The notes under the pieces are model-generated. The model ran no database searches and was not told where the DNA came from. It saw only the letters and a program-made list of their open reading frames with translations. From assembly GCA_004431415.1 (NCBI GenBank), contig QPMI01000641.1, positions 62,001-126,000 on the forward strand: a stretch of 64,000 bases of DNA, in the 5' to 3' direction. This document shows, piece by piece, positions 26,675-40,089 of this stretch. How positions within the stretch are numbered: the first letter of the stretch is position 1; each line of letters opens with the position of its first letter. Both the position numbers and the translations under genes were made by a program. The DNA is from Cyanophora paradoxa CCMP329. Its lineage: Eukaryota; Plantae; Glaucophyta.

Positions 26675-29600
26675 ATGTCGAACGCTGTCGAGGGTGCGGT
26701 CGAGCGCCTGCGCGGGGGTCGCTGGCGGCCCTGCTGGCTCGTCGTGTGCGGCGCGCGCGCCTCCGTCCACCGCGACCCCACAAGCATCGAAGTACGTGCG
26801 CTCCCTGCCTTACGGGCGCCGGCGCGCGCGGGCTCATCGCGCGCAGCCACCTCGAGACGTCATTCCTCTCCGCGGCGCGCGCTGGGGGCTCAGCGAGGAC
26901 GACGCCGCGCGTTTCCCCGTGTTCGAGATCTCCTCGGGCCACGGCGCGCAAGTGTTCCGCTGCACCACGCTGCAGGAGGCCCTCGCGTGGCTCGCGGCTC
27001 TCTCTTCCCACGTGCAGCTGGCCGCGCCCGCCGAGCCCCCGCTTCCCGCGTTCGCGGCGCGGCTCGCCTCCTCCGCGGGGCACCGCGTGCTCCCGCTCGT
27101 GTCGGGCCATCGCTCCGGCCCTTCAAAGCTCGACCCGGAGGCCGATCCCCTCGGCCGCTGCTTCGCGCCCGTCCGCCACAGCTGCCATGCGGAGTGGTGC
27201 GCGCGCTGCGGCCCCGGCGCCCGGCGCCGTCGGGCGCCGGCGCGCAGCGCGAGCGCCGCGACGCCTCCGCCAACAGCGCGGGTCCCGGACAGGTTCGTGG
27301 ACGGGCGGGACTACTTCGCGGGGGTGCGGGCCGCCATGGAGGGCGCCCGGCGCGAGATCTTCCTCAGCATGTGGTGGCGCGCGCGCTCTCTTCGCTCCGA
27401 TCCAGGCCTAGGTCTCCGCGCGCGGAGCCGACGACGGCGGCGGCGCGCGGGGCGCAGGATGACGCCCGAGGTGTACCTGACGCGGGAGGGCGGCCTGCGG
27501 CCCGACGCGCGCCTCTTCGACGTCCTCCGCCGCAAGGCCCAGCAGGCCCGCCCCGCCCCGCCCTCCCGGCCCTCGGAGTCTCCGTCCGCTTTGCGACGCC
27601 TCCGGGCAGGGCGTGGCGGTCCGGGCGCTCATCTGGAACAGCAGCGGGACGCCCTTCAGGCGCGCCCCGGCGCCGCCGCCGCCCCCCGGCGCGCGCGGCT
27701 GAGGCGCCGGGGCGGGGCGGGGCGGGGCGGGGTGCAGGAGCAACTTCGCGCGGCACGCGATGCGGCTGCTGAACGGCCTCCACCCCAACGTCAAGGCCAT
27801 GCGCGCCCGCCCCCGCCCGCCCCGCCCGCCCGCGCCCCGCCGCCCGCCGCCCGGGCCCTGACTCGACGTCGACGGGCGGGACGCAGGCGGGTGCCGAAGT
27901 TCTTCCACACGTGGACGTACCGCTTCTCCCTGCACGACAAGAACGCGCGCCCCGCCGCCCCGCCCCGGCCCCGGCCCCGCGAGGAGGGAGCCGCCTCTCC
28001 GACCCGGGGGCGCGCGGGCCGGGCCGAGGCGGCAGGTGCTTGTGGACCAGGACGCGGCCTTCACGGCCGGCGCCGACCTCGCCTTCGCCCGCTACGACAC
28101 CCCGCGGCCCGCCCCGCCCCGCCCCCGCCCCGCCCCGCGGCCCGCCCCGCCCCGCCCCGCCCGCGCGATGGCGAGGCGGCCGGGCCCCAGGCACGCGCTG
28201 GCGGACCCCGAGGGGCGCCTCTGGCCCGGCAAGGACTACTACAACGTCCAGTTCGGCGCGCCCCGCCCGCAGCGCCCCCGCCCGCGCCCGCGCCGCGTCG
28301 GCTGGGGCCGGGGTTGGCCCAGCGCCGGTCTCACGGGCGGGGGCGCAGGCTACATCATGAACGCGCGGGCGGACGAGGACTTCCTCGACCGCTCCCGCGT
28401 GCCCCGTCAGCCTTGGCACGACTGGTCTGCCCCGCCCCGCCCCGCCCCGCCCGCCCCGCCCGCCCCGCCCCGCCCCGCCTGCGACCGACTCGGCTCGGGG
28501 CGCAGCGGGGTGATGGTGACGGGAGCGGCAGCGCGGGACGCCGCGCTCCACTTCGCGCAGGCGCGCCCCCGCATCCCCCTGGCTCTCGGGCCGGGCCGGA
28601 CGCCCGCGAGCCGCCGGCCGCTCAGATCTGGAACGCGGCGCGGGCGTCGCGGCAGCGGCGGCGGGCCGGCTTCCCGATCGTGGTGCCGCTGCCGCCGGAG
28701 CTCGCCCTGCCGGGGGCCCGGCCCCCGGGCTCCTGCACTGTCCAGTTCCTGCGGCCCGCCCCGCCCTCCCCGCCCGCCCGCCTGCCCGCCCTGGGCTCGA
28801 CTTGGCGCCGCCGCCTCGCAGAACGCTGCCGGAGTGGGCGGGGGGCACGGGGAGCCGCCCCGAGCGCTCCATCCACGCCGCCTACATCGCCGCCATCGCC
28901 GCCGCCCGCCACTTCATCTACATGGAGAACGCCGTCCGCCCGCCCGCACCGCCCGCCCGCACCGCCCGCCCCGCGAAATTCGAGCGCTGCGAAATAAGAG
29001 CGGGCGGGCAGTACTTCATCACGTGCTGCGAGGCGGAGGGGTGGCCGGAGGAGCCCGGCGGCCCCGCCAACCACCTCTGGAACCGCGTGCGCGCCCCCGG
29101 CACCCAGCCAGCGTGCGCTCGCCCCCCTTCTCACCCTGTGCTGGCGCCGTGCCGGCAGGTGGGCGCCGCCCTCTTCGAGCGCCTCTGCCTCGCCGTCGAG
29201 CGGCGCGCCCCCTCCCTCGAGGATCCCGGCGCCGCCGGCCGGCCCCCCGGCCCGGCCCGGCGCGGCCTGACGGAGCGGGGCCGGGGCGGAGCTGCAGGAA
29301 CGAGCCGTTCAAGCTGTACCTGGTGCTGCCGGAGACGCCGGACAAGGGCGCCCACGGGCCCGACATGGAGGTCCGCCCCTTCCCGCCCTTCCCCGCTGCA
29401 GCTTTCCCCAAAGCAATGCGACCGCTCCGCTCTTTCGGGCAGATCTCGCTGCACTGGCAGCACAAGTCGCTGGGCCGCGGCGCCGGCTCCCTCCTCGGCC
29501 GCCTCCGCGCCCGCTTCCCCGGCATCGACCCCGACCGGCCCGCCCCGCCCCGCCCCCGCCCCGCCGCGCCTCTCAGGGGCGGGCGAGCGGGCGGCGGCAG

Positions 29601-30639
29601 GTTCGTGTCGGTCTGCGCGCTGCGGAGTTGCGACGTGCTGGCGGGGCGCCACGTCTCCAACAAGATCTACCTCCACGCCAAAGCCCGCCCCCCCCCGCCC
29701 CCGCCCCCGCCCCCGCGCCCCGCCCCGCCCCCGCCCTGAGACGCGGGGCGGCACGCGCAGGTGCTGATTGTGGACGACGCGCTGGCGATTGTGGGGACGC
29801 CCAACATCACCGAGCGCTCCCTCACCGGCCGCCAGGACTCCGAGGCCCGCCCCGCCCCGCCCCGCCCCGCCTCTGGCGCCCTCCGACGCGCCGACGCCGA
29901 CGCCGTCGGGACGCAGAGCGCGGTGGTGGTGGAGGACGGGGCGCGGGTGGCGTCGGTGCTGGCCGGCCGGCCCGTCGCCGCCGCCCGCTTCGCCCACTCC
30001 CTCCGCTGCGCCCTCTGGCGCGAGCACTTCGGCCTGCCGCTGCCGGGGCCGGCCGGGGGCGGGCGGGGCCTGCCGCCGGCCCTCCTCGACGCCGCCTCGG
30101 ACGCCACATTTGCCCTCTGGTCCTCCGCCGGTCCCCGCCCCGCCCCGTCCCGCGGGCCTTGTGAGAGCGCGCTCACGCCTCGGGGCGGGCCGCAGCGCGG
30201 GAGAACACGGCGCGCTTCCGAGCGCTCTTCCCCGACATAATCGCCACCAAGTCCGTCGAGGCCCAGCGCCCCGGGGCCGTCCGCCCCGCCCCGCCCCGCC
30301 CCGCCCGCCGCCCCGAGCAGGGCCGACCCGGGCCGGGGCCGGGGGCACGCGCAGGCGGGGGAGGACGGGGAGGGCACGGCGGACGCCCACGGGCCGGCCT
30401 GCCCCTCGCACCTCGTCCAGGCATGCCGCCCTCCGCCCGCCCCCGCCGCCCGAGGCGCCAGCCCGCCCCCGCGTCAACGGTGACGCCGGGGTCGCGCGCA
30501 GTACCCGCTGGAGTTCCTGGAGCGGGAGGTGCTGGGGGTGGAGCCCGGGGACGGCCTCCTCGCGCAGGCGGCCGACGCGACGCGGCTGCCGCGCGCGCGC
30601 CGCCGCCTCCTCTACCACGCCTCCGCACCCTTCCTCTGA
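26675..30639 (+). CDS. PLD: Phospholipase D (PLD1/2-zeta type) with an N-terminal PH-like region, >20 exons
   Basis: FVDGRDYF...IFLSMWWMTPEVYL; HKD1 SLHDKN|VLVD...GADLAFARYDT; WPGKDYYN; PRQPWHD; HFIYMEN; HKD2 IYLHAK|VLIVDD...GTPNITERSLTGRQDSE. Confidence 0.92.
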
Positions 30640-30902
30640 CCCCGCCCCCCCGCCCCGCCGGGCGCCCCGGGGCCCGAGCCCTCCGGTCCGTGGCGAGCTT
30701 CCCAATCAGAATATTGTTTAATTTAATTTCGCGCGGGAAGCCCGATCAAGAGAGAAGGAAAGCCCGACCCAGATTAAAAGCCTCGATTTGGGTTTAGGAA
30801 TTCGAATTCGAGTGCGGTGGCAGAGCGAATCCAGCTCCGGAAGCATACGTTGCCGCGAATGGCTGTCCGACCGCGAATTCGAACCCCTGGCGGGCAGCGT
30901 CG

Positions 30903-33900
30903 TCAGCGTTCGGCAAAACTGCGGCTCCACGAGCGCACCGGCGCCTGCAGCTGCGCCTGCGGGGGAAGGGGCGGCTGGGGCGGCTGGGCCGCGTTCGCGC
31001 GCATCCAGTTCAGCTCCGCCTGCGCCCCGCTCGCCGACTTGATCGCCATCAGCTCTTTCCGCTGCGGCGGCGGAGCGTCAGCGCATTTGATTAGGCGTCG
31101 TCAAGATCTGCAGATATAGCTGATCATAATATTTAATTAAATATAAAGATCTAGAGGCCACGTCGAGATCGTCGAGAGGCCATCGCGAGAAAGACCCAGT
31201 TGCGCAGGCGTCGTCGAGAGCTGCAGGTATAGATGATCTTAAAGATCTGGAGGCCATGGCCATGGCCGCGCACGAATCTGCGGAGGGGGATTATTTCGGA
31301 CTCCTTCTGGGCGAGCTTCAGCTTCAGCTCGTCCGCCTCCGCCGCCTTCCTCCGAAGCCCCTCCACCTCGGCCGCCGCGGCGCCCTCGGGGGTCTTCCTC
31401 AGCGCCTCGAGCTCCGCCGTCAGGTCCTGAGAGCGAGGTCAGAGGGGCGGAAACGGAAGACTTCGCATTGAACCGAGGTCGGCGGCACCTGAATCTTGCG
31501 CACAGCTTCCGAGTGCATCCGCCGCCACCTCTCGCTCGTAGCCTCCGATGTATTCAGCTTTGAGAGAAGCTCTTTCATCTGCATCGGATTCTGTGAACTC
31601 GACGCATTAATATTCGAAGCACTCCGTGCTGCAGACCTCCTTGTCGTGCTTCACCTTGAGCTTCGCTTTGAGGCTGACGTTCTCAGCCGGCGCCGGTCTC
31701 TCCTCGTCCATCGTCTTGAGCTGAGCATCGAAATTATGATCATACGAGCGCGCAGGCCAGGGGCGAAGGGCGGGTGCGCTCGCGCCTCTTCCTCCTTGCG
31801 CCTGATGCGCTCCTCGGCCTCGGCGAGCGCGCTGCGGAGGCGTCCGACCTCGTCGCTCAGCTTCCCGCTGCGCTCGCGCTCCTTGCGCAGCTGCTCCCGG
31901 CTCTCGCGGGCCACCCTCTGCGCAGGCCCCGCCGCCGCAGCCTTCTGCGGAGCCGAGCGCGCGATCGGTGCTGCCCAAAACGAATTCGAACGGAGGACGC
32001 CGGCGCCGGGTCGTAATTATAACGGCGCCGCACCTGGGTAAGGCTCGTCTCGTCGTCTGCCTCCTCCTCTTTGAGCTCGTGCGGCGCCGGCGGCGCGTTC
32101 GACTTCGACTTCCCGTCGGCCTGCGCGCGCGAGTGCGATATTGATATCGAGCAGCCGGCGTTCGAAACCGCTCCGAGAATTCGCACATTTTCGCGCCTGA
32201 GCTCCGTCAGCTCCCGATGCTGCTCCGCGAGGCGTTGCCCCATCTCGCCCTGTTTGTCTTGCTGCGAAAAGTGAAAAGAGGCCAGGGAGCCGTCGAGCAG
32301 CACGCGTACGGCAGCATCCGCACCGCACCTCTGTTTTGAGCTTGCATCGGAGGGCTTCGACCAACTCCTCCAACCTCGCAATCTCGCCCTCGAGCTCGCG
32401 ACCGGGAACCTGCAGCTTCGAATACATCATCACGGCGCGATTGCACGATCCAGACCAGCGTTAACGGACCTTCGCAGCGCCCTCGGGGGCCGGCGCGGCG
32501 CCCGCGTTCTGCATCGCAGTCGACGTCGCCAATCTCTGCACGCAAACTTTCATGATCAGGTTCGCAGATTCAAAGCCCAAGCTTAAGAACTGATTGGAGA
32601 ACGTCGGACCTTGATGTAGGTATCTGTTGTTTCTTTCATTATTTCTCGCTCGTTCTCCCACATCTGCCCACAGGAGGTGCAGCCGGCAGGCAACCGTCAA
32701 CGCTAAAGTTGAGACCTCGAACTCCTAACTCATACATGTACAATTCCATTGCGAAAGCATTCCATACCTGGCGGTTCATCACCATTTCTTTCTTCAGGGA
32801 ATCCACCTGGCTCTTGAGAATTTGCACTTGGCTCTGGAGATTAGAGCGCTCCGTTGCCCAACTCTGTCAGAAAAATCATAAGTGATTATAATCGGAAACA
32901 GCCAGAGCCATATTAATATTTTCGAGCGAGTTCGAAATGGGATGCAGCAGGGGGTACCTGGCTCTCGGAAGCGGCTGACTGCTGGAGGCGACTGCGCTCT
33001 TGCTCGAATTTCTGCCCACACGAACGTTAAAAATGATAAACCCTTTATGCTTTACTTTACCACAAGCCCCGTGCAAATGGCGGAGCCAACGGCCCGTGAA
33101 AATGGCGGATCACACCTCACGCTCGACGCCCATGGTCTTGACCAGGCTGTCGGCCTGGCTCTGGAGGGTTTGCAGTTTGCTCTGGAGAGCCGTGCGCTCA
33201 GATGCCAGTCTCTGCTCGCACGCTCAGCGGAAGGGAACGGTAGCCTGAACTGAGGGATCGGATTCGAACGCTGAAGTCGGACTCCGAGGCTCCAAGTCGA
33301 GACTGGAGATCCTTGCATTCCTTCTCCAACCGCTGGCGCCCCTGATGTCATAATTTATGATAAGGAGAATGAATTAGGGGGTATTCGATCTCGGACCTCG
33401 CGAGAGAATTTGAGCTCCTGGCTCATGATATATAAATTGTTTCAGCGGACATCGAGGCGGGAAATCGAATCTCGTGCCGGGCCGGCCCCGCACCTCGCAC
33501 TTGGCAGTCAAGGTCTGTTTTAGAGAGTCCAACTCGCGTATAAGAGCCCCGCGTTTGACTTCCGCTTCCTGTGCGTCGGGGATCATTCTCGAGCTCGGGG
33601 GAAATTATTCAAAACTTTGATTTGATCGTGACTAAATAACACACCTCGCGCTCGATGGCCGCAGATTGCTCCGTTGAGCGCAGCTTGCTCTCTAGCTCTC
33701 TGCGCTCAGTCGCCCAGATCTGCTCGCAGAATATCAATCGGCTCCGATCGCAACAAACAGAGTTCTATAGCTAGCTATATAGGCGCCGCACCTCGCGTTC
33801 GAAGGCCAGGGTCTGCTGCGCGGCGAGCATCTCTCTCTCGAGTTCGTTTCGCGCGGCTTCCGCTTTCTGTCCGTCGAATCGATATCAGTGCGTTGCACGG

Positions 33901-35356
33901 GCGTGCAAGCTTTGATTAAATTTAAGAGAGAGCGTGTCGCCTCGAGCTCACCGCGCGTTCAGCGGCCCCGGTCTGCTGAAGCTCGCGGAGCTGGCTCTCC
34001 AGCGCGTTGCACGCAGCCTCCGCTTTCTGCCGTCGAAAATTATAATGATCTTTTCGCGCATGCGGACGAGAAGTTCTCCGGAGTACAAATAAGATCAACT
34101 GCAAAAAGTACGGATTATTATTATTATTATTCGTCAAATTCAACCCGGCGCCGGCCGTCGACTTCGTCGCGAAAGGAGCAGAAATAATCAACTGCGAAGT
34201 TCGCGGGTAAACCGCACCTCGAGACCAGCAGACGCTATCTGCAGCTGTTCCTTCAGCCCCGTCACCTCAGTCTCCCGCGCCTATATATTTGGGGCCGCTG
34301 GAATCGGTCCTGGAGCTACAGCCCGCAATGAAGCGAGTCAGAACTGACCTCACGCGCGGCAGTCTCAGTCTCCAGCAATTCTTTCAGCTCCGCATGCTCC
34401 GTCGCCATTTTCTGCCCAAAGCAGTTAGGCCGGCGAGGCCGCGCCTGGCTTATTATTATATTTCAGAATTAGGTTATGCGGCAAGCGGAGTTGGATAAAT
34501 GAAAGTGCCTGCAGCTCGGCCTGCGGATGGATCAACGCAAACATGTGCATCTCTCAGATCTAGCGTTCGCGCGAATTTCACCTTCTGCATTTTGATTCTC
34601 TTTTCCATTCTCGAATTGCTCTCAAGAAGCGCTTTCTTGATTATATCCGATTCCGAATCGCCGTCGCCGTCTTCGTATGACTTTTCTGCGAGAGGTCAAC
34701 GTGGACCTCGAGCTAGCTGCTGCGCGCAGATAACTTGATTGAATGGCACGCTCACCGTGCTTAAGCGTGGCCTGCGCATGCGGAAATTCGAAGCGGCATT
34801 AGATCGAATTTACAGGCATCAGTTGCGAGCGCGTGGTGGGCGCGATGGACAGAGCGCATGCGCACGTTCCGGCTCGAGCTCGAGCTCAAGCTCGAGGCTC
34901 CGCTGCCGGCACCGGCTGTCGCGGAAGGCCGGGGCTCAGGTTCTTTGTCTGAGTCCGGATCCAGCTGAACGACTTCGAGTTCCTCGTGTCTCACTTTGGC
35001 GTGTTTCTCTGCAATCGCCGATCAGCGATCGCGGGCAGCTCGCGCCTCGATCGCGGGCAGCTCGCGCCTCGATCGCGAGCGCGGCGTGCGACAGTGACCC
35101 TCGAATTCTCAGCGCGCACCCCGCTTGCAAGGGATGGGCGCGTTCTCCTCCTGCGCCTGATGATCATGATAGGGACCGGTACCGTACGTATATACGTATA
35201 CCAAGGCGATTTCGAATGGCGAAAGCGCGCGCGATCGCGATGCAAAGAATTCTGAACTATGACGAAGTTAAAGCGCACATCACCGGCCGCGGCTCGCATT
35301 CTCTTGCCTCCTCCTGCATGAACATGCGCAGGCTCGCCGCCGTCGTTGATGTCCAT
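30903..35356 (-). CDS. Multi-exon coiled-coil protein (uncharacterised, possibly TE cargo); boundaries approximate
   Basis: Short E/K/L/R-rich exons (EGLRRKAAEADELKLKLAQKESEI; ARESREQLRKERERSGKLSDEVGRLR; ELEGEIARLEELVEALRCKLKTE) between lower-GC introns. Last exon ends SFAER* at 30903. Confidence 0.5.
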
Positions 35357-36074
35357 TTTGTCGCGTTTGCCCTTGTCAATTGCAAATCGATATCTGCGCG
35401 CTCTAGCTAGAGCTTCGTGCTGCTGCGACTGGAGACGAGCGGTTCTAGTTCTGGTGCCAGCGGCCGCGGAGAGGAGCGGCCGGAGATCGAGCGAGCTAGA
35501 GGAGCGCTGCCAGAGCTCGAGGGAAAACGCAGCGCTAGCTACCTGTCAAATCTATATTCTGAACGCTGTCGATCAAACGCCGCAGCTGCATGCACATATG
35601 CATGCGCATGCGCAGCTGTCAAATGAACCAGTTTATAATGAAATTCCGAGCTCGATCGCACTGCATGCATGCGCATGCGGCGCGCGCAGCGCCCGCGCAT
35701 GCATATATATGCAGTCAGGGCCGGCGCCGGTCGCAGGGTCCCGTCAAATTGAATTTGCAATTGCATGCATATATATGCGCCCCCGCGGCCGGATCGATCG
35801 ATCATGATCATGCATGCGCATGCAATATCGGATTTAGCTATATATATAATATATATAGGAGAACTAGATATAGAGAACCTTTTCGAAGTTAACGTTGCTC
35901 GCGAGCTCCCTCGAGCTCGCTCCCTTGACGTAGTGCGAGCAGCTTGTTTGGAGGCCGGCAGCGCTAGCGGCGGCGGATCGGAGCAGCAGCGGAGCAGCAG
36001 CGGGGCTCGAAGCTGGCCGGGTCGAGGCGCCGAGGACCGCATGCGCAAGCTCTCGATCTCCCAAAACTGTCGAA

Positions 36075-39000
36075 ATGAGCGGGCAAGCAGAGGAGGCGGC
36101 GGAGAACCCGCGCCGCAGATATCGAACAGGACTCATGAACGCGGTCAGGGATGTGTGCAGAGAACTACTCCCGCCGCAGGTGCCTGTCCCGCGCCCGGCC
36201 CTCCGCGCCGCGAATTATCAACATTCGCGCGCGCTGCCGACGCCCTTTCGGCGAGCTCGAGTTTACGCGCGTGCAGGGCTTACGGATCGAGCAAATAATC
36301 GAGCTGGTGCGCATGCAACGAGCGCCTGCGCTCTCATTATTCGAGCTCTAGCTGCCGAGCGCACACGTCGACGTTGTCGCGCCCCGATCAGGTCAAAGCG
36401 CGGGCCCCGGATCTTCCTAGAGTCGATTTCGGCAACGTTGGTCGATACCTGGTGCGATAGCAATGTTTTTCAGTCCGCATGTTGCTTGCCTGCAGGCCTG
36501 GGGTCAAATCGGTTCTGTTGCTGCATGCAGAGTTCTTTGTACAGTGAGCTTGGAATAAGGGACGGAATCGATCCGGAAACTAAAGAAATCGTCTACAAAC
36601 CTCCGGAACAAGCCTCCGGTCGCCGGGGGTCAACGTCGACGTGCGCGTTCCTGACGCGATCTTGAAGCGCAGGCTCAAATTATTAAAACCCACCCTTGGA
36701 TCGCAGCGGCAGGAGACGCCAGAGCGACTCCACGAGCTCTAATTTCGCCTCGGCGAATTGTCCTTCGAACTCGGAGGTAGATTAAACGAATCTTTAGATC
36801 TCATCGAATGCGATCGCCCCTTCCCTCCCTTCAACGCTCCGTTCTTTTAAACTGGCTGCTTTAAATTGTTTAGAAGCATCAAAAATCTCCGAAGTTCTGT
36901 CCTTGTAGTAGTATTTTCCTCGACCCGACCCCTACAGCTGCGCATGCCCACTTGAATTCACCGCGTCCCGCCCCCCCCCCCCCCCTCCCCCCCCTTCCCC
37001 CCTCCCCCCCCCCATCCCTCCCCCCTCTCTCTAACCGCGATCGTTCCCCTGCCACCCCATCTCGTTTGATATGATTCCCTCTTTCCCCGCCCCATCCAGG
37101 CTTCACCCCCTTTTTTCTGGCCTGCCCTCCCGCCCCCCCCCCCCCCTCCCCCTCCCCCCCCCTCGGCCCCAACCCCAACCCGCACCCCTCCCTACGATTA
37201 CGTTTTCCCCATGAAGCTCCCACACCACCACTATATCTCTTTCCCCACCTCATCCCTCCAGTTTCTTGATCCTCCGCTCGGCTCATTTTTCCGATTCTCC
37301 TACAACCGCTATAGATGTCCGAATCCTTTTCATATGCATGGTCGCGCAGGCTGCCGCAACGGCCCCGACGAGCGGTACCGGCGGCGGATTACCCCGCCGC
37401 GGAAATGCTATCAAGGTGTCGCCCGACCCCTCCTCTCATTATTCGATCAAATCTAGACGCGTGATCATGACACCGGGTAGCCTCTGATGTTTCTGCGCGC
37501 CTGTGCGCACGATGACGCAGATGTCGATTCAAATGGTGGACCTCGACGAGCTCGAGGACTCGGAAGAAGGGGGCGGCCGCAGGGGCGCAGACCAGGAGAA
37601 GACGGACAACGACTCTTCGAGCGCAGCGGGGGTCGAGTCAGCGGCGGGCGAGTTCAGCGGCCCTGGTCATGCGGGGCCGGACCTGTCGATCGCTGCCCCT
37701 TCTCGTGCGGAGCGCGTGCAGGGCGGGCCCAACCCCCGCAAGGCATTCGACTTTAACCGTCTCAGCTGGATTTAAATTAAATCCATATATACTTATGAAG
37801 CTGGGTCGCGCAGGATCCGGATAGAGGCTTGCCGTCAGCATTAAAGACGAGCGGCCAAGGAGGCAGTTCAGATGCGGCAAGACATGTGCAAGCGCAGGAG
37901 AGACTCGCTCCATCTTCCGTTTCGGGGCCACCCAGATCGCGAGCTCCGCATCCGAGCTCGAACAGGTCGTCGCCAGCTTCGAATTCCGGTCTGGACATCT
38001 CGGTTCGTGCAGGCCCCGTAATTAAATTAAATAAAATTAAATGAGTAATAAAATTAAATTAAATAAATCGGTTCGTGCGGTCAGGCCCCGTAATTAAATG
38101 AGTGGTTTAATTTAGTTTTGTCTGATTTGCGATTGCGCCTTTCTAGAACCCGAAGCAAGCGCCGAGCAATGGCGGACCTCCAGCTGCAGCTGCTGACACG
38201 CAGGATTTCGAACATGAGCTGTCTATGGAGCCTCAACCACCCAAGCGGCGGGACTGGAGGCAGGTGCATATTCCGGAGCGCAGCATGGGGCGCACCGGGC
38301 TGCCACGGCCAGCTGCAGAGTGCGCATCGGCGAAGACACCGCAGCAGCAAGATGTTCGATCCGCGCCCCAGCCGCCGCCAAGGCCAGCGCTAGCGGCCCG
38401 TCCGCGACCTGTCGGCGCATTTCCCCACGGTCGCCCTGAGCCCGGCTTCTCCCCAGAGAATCCGCGGATGCAGGCGCCGGCTCCGTTCACCGCGAGTAAC
38501 GCTACCAACGCATCGCAACCGTGGCCGGCCGCGGCGCAGCAGCGTCAGCATCATGATCGGCGGCATCAAGGGTTCGAATTCTATGGCCAGCACCAGCCGC
38601 ATCTGCACGCGCATGACCCCACGCGCATGCGGCCCATGCCCAACGTCGACGTCGACGGCCGCGAGCAGCCGATCGGGATCGCGAGCTCCTATCGCTATTC
38701 GAATTCGCAGCTGAATCGGCACGTGCAGCATGCGCAGCAACCGGAGACGCAGCATGTGCATGCAGGTTATTATTACAATGACGCCAATTCATTGACAGGT
38801 GGATTATGGCCGCTGGCGCCGAATATGCACACCCAGGTCCGTAGGGTTATGTTTCAAGTTTTATAGCTATAGTATCGATGCGCATACTTTTAAATTTCGC
38901 GAACCCACGTCGTGCTTGGGCCCGGGGGTTCGAATTCGCCCCACCGTAGTCTCTCGAAAACAGAATTTCGCATAATTTGGATCCTTGTTTTTTAAGTTTC

Positions 39001-39869
39001 TAAACAGACTATTACACGTTGATACGACATGTTGCAGGGACCGGCCGCGACCATGAATATCGGCTTTTCGAATTCGGATTTCTGGACAGATGGATCGCGG
39101 CCACCGGCGCCACATGTGCACATGCACCCTGTTGGAGCACCAGCCAACGTCTTTCCCACGCAGTCGACGTCGTACGCATATCCGGAGGTCCGCATTGGAT
39201 TGCTCGGTTTGATGGTATTGTTCGAAGATTAATGCGCAATGTCATTGATTCAAAAGGCGCTGATCATTTCATTCTCCTTTCGCAGCGAAATCGATCGCCG
39301 GCGGCTATGGGCCCTTTTACTTCAAGCTCCTCAAACGTCGACCGGGTGAAGCTTAAGGACACGGCCTGTGCCCAGCCAAACAGCTCAGAGAAGTAAGTGG
39401 CATGGCGTGATGCTTACGATTATGTGTGACGTTTCGATATTATATCTTTGAGTTCTCTCATGATCAGAGCCGGGTCGCGCTCCAGCGTCGGTCTGCGCCC
39501 AGAAGCTCCATCTGCAGCCGGGCTGGGCGAAAGCTCGAGCTCCTCGCATTTGGAGCAGTGCATCTCCCTGGCTCTTCGCTGTCGGGTTCGCGCTCTTTGA
39601 ATTTAATTATGTAAAATCGCGCTCGCTAGCTCGAGCTCGCAATTGCAAACCGACCGGCCGCGGTCCATCACCGTCTATGTGCAGCTCGAGAAGGGAAACC
39701 CACAGAAGCAACTCTTACAAATCGCGCTGAGGTATGAAATGCGTGTTTGACAAAAGGCTCCGTAGACATCCACAGCCCGTTTCAATACTATTCTAGATCT
39801 CAATCTTGACCGTTCGCAGAGCTAGGCCTGGCTCAGATCTGAATCATTTTGAGTACGAATGCGAAGTCT
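36075..39869 (+). CDS. Multi-exon hypothetical gene truncated by the viral insertion
   Basis: MSGQAEEAAENPRRRYRTGLMNAVRDVCRELLPPQ|... with later acidic and Gln/His-rich exons. The last exon (EYECEVFVANFNAPTRYFLCKLS in copy 2) runs directly into viral terminal sequence. Confidence 0.35.
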
Positions 39870-40089
39870 ATCGATTAACTCGACCCAATTCATCTTTTAA
39901 TGCGCGGTGACTTCGTTAAGTCGGCAGAATGCCTCTTCTCCCACGATTCCGCACGATTCCGCTCGATACACAGTATGAAGACCACTGTACGATCGATTCC
40001 GCTCGATACACAGTAAGAATTCGTCTTTTTTCGCGCGGTGTCTCCCACGATTCACAGTAACTTTTAACCAAAAGTTTAATAAAAATAAA

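Noticed and set aside
48-30700. Most long single ORFs listed in the six-frame track for the host region
   Set aside because: High GC suppresses stop codons. The real genes are spliced mosaics across frames.
36960-37200. Long poly-C tracts as a functional G-quadruplex element
   Set aside because: Irregular homopolymer runs look like low-quality consensus sequence, so a function cannot be supported.
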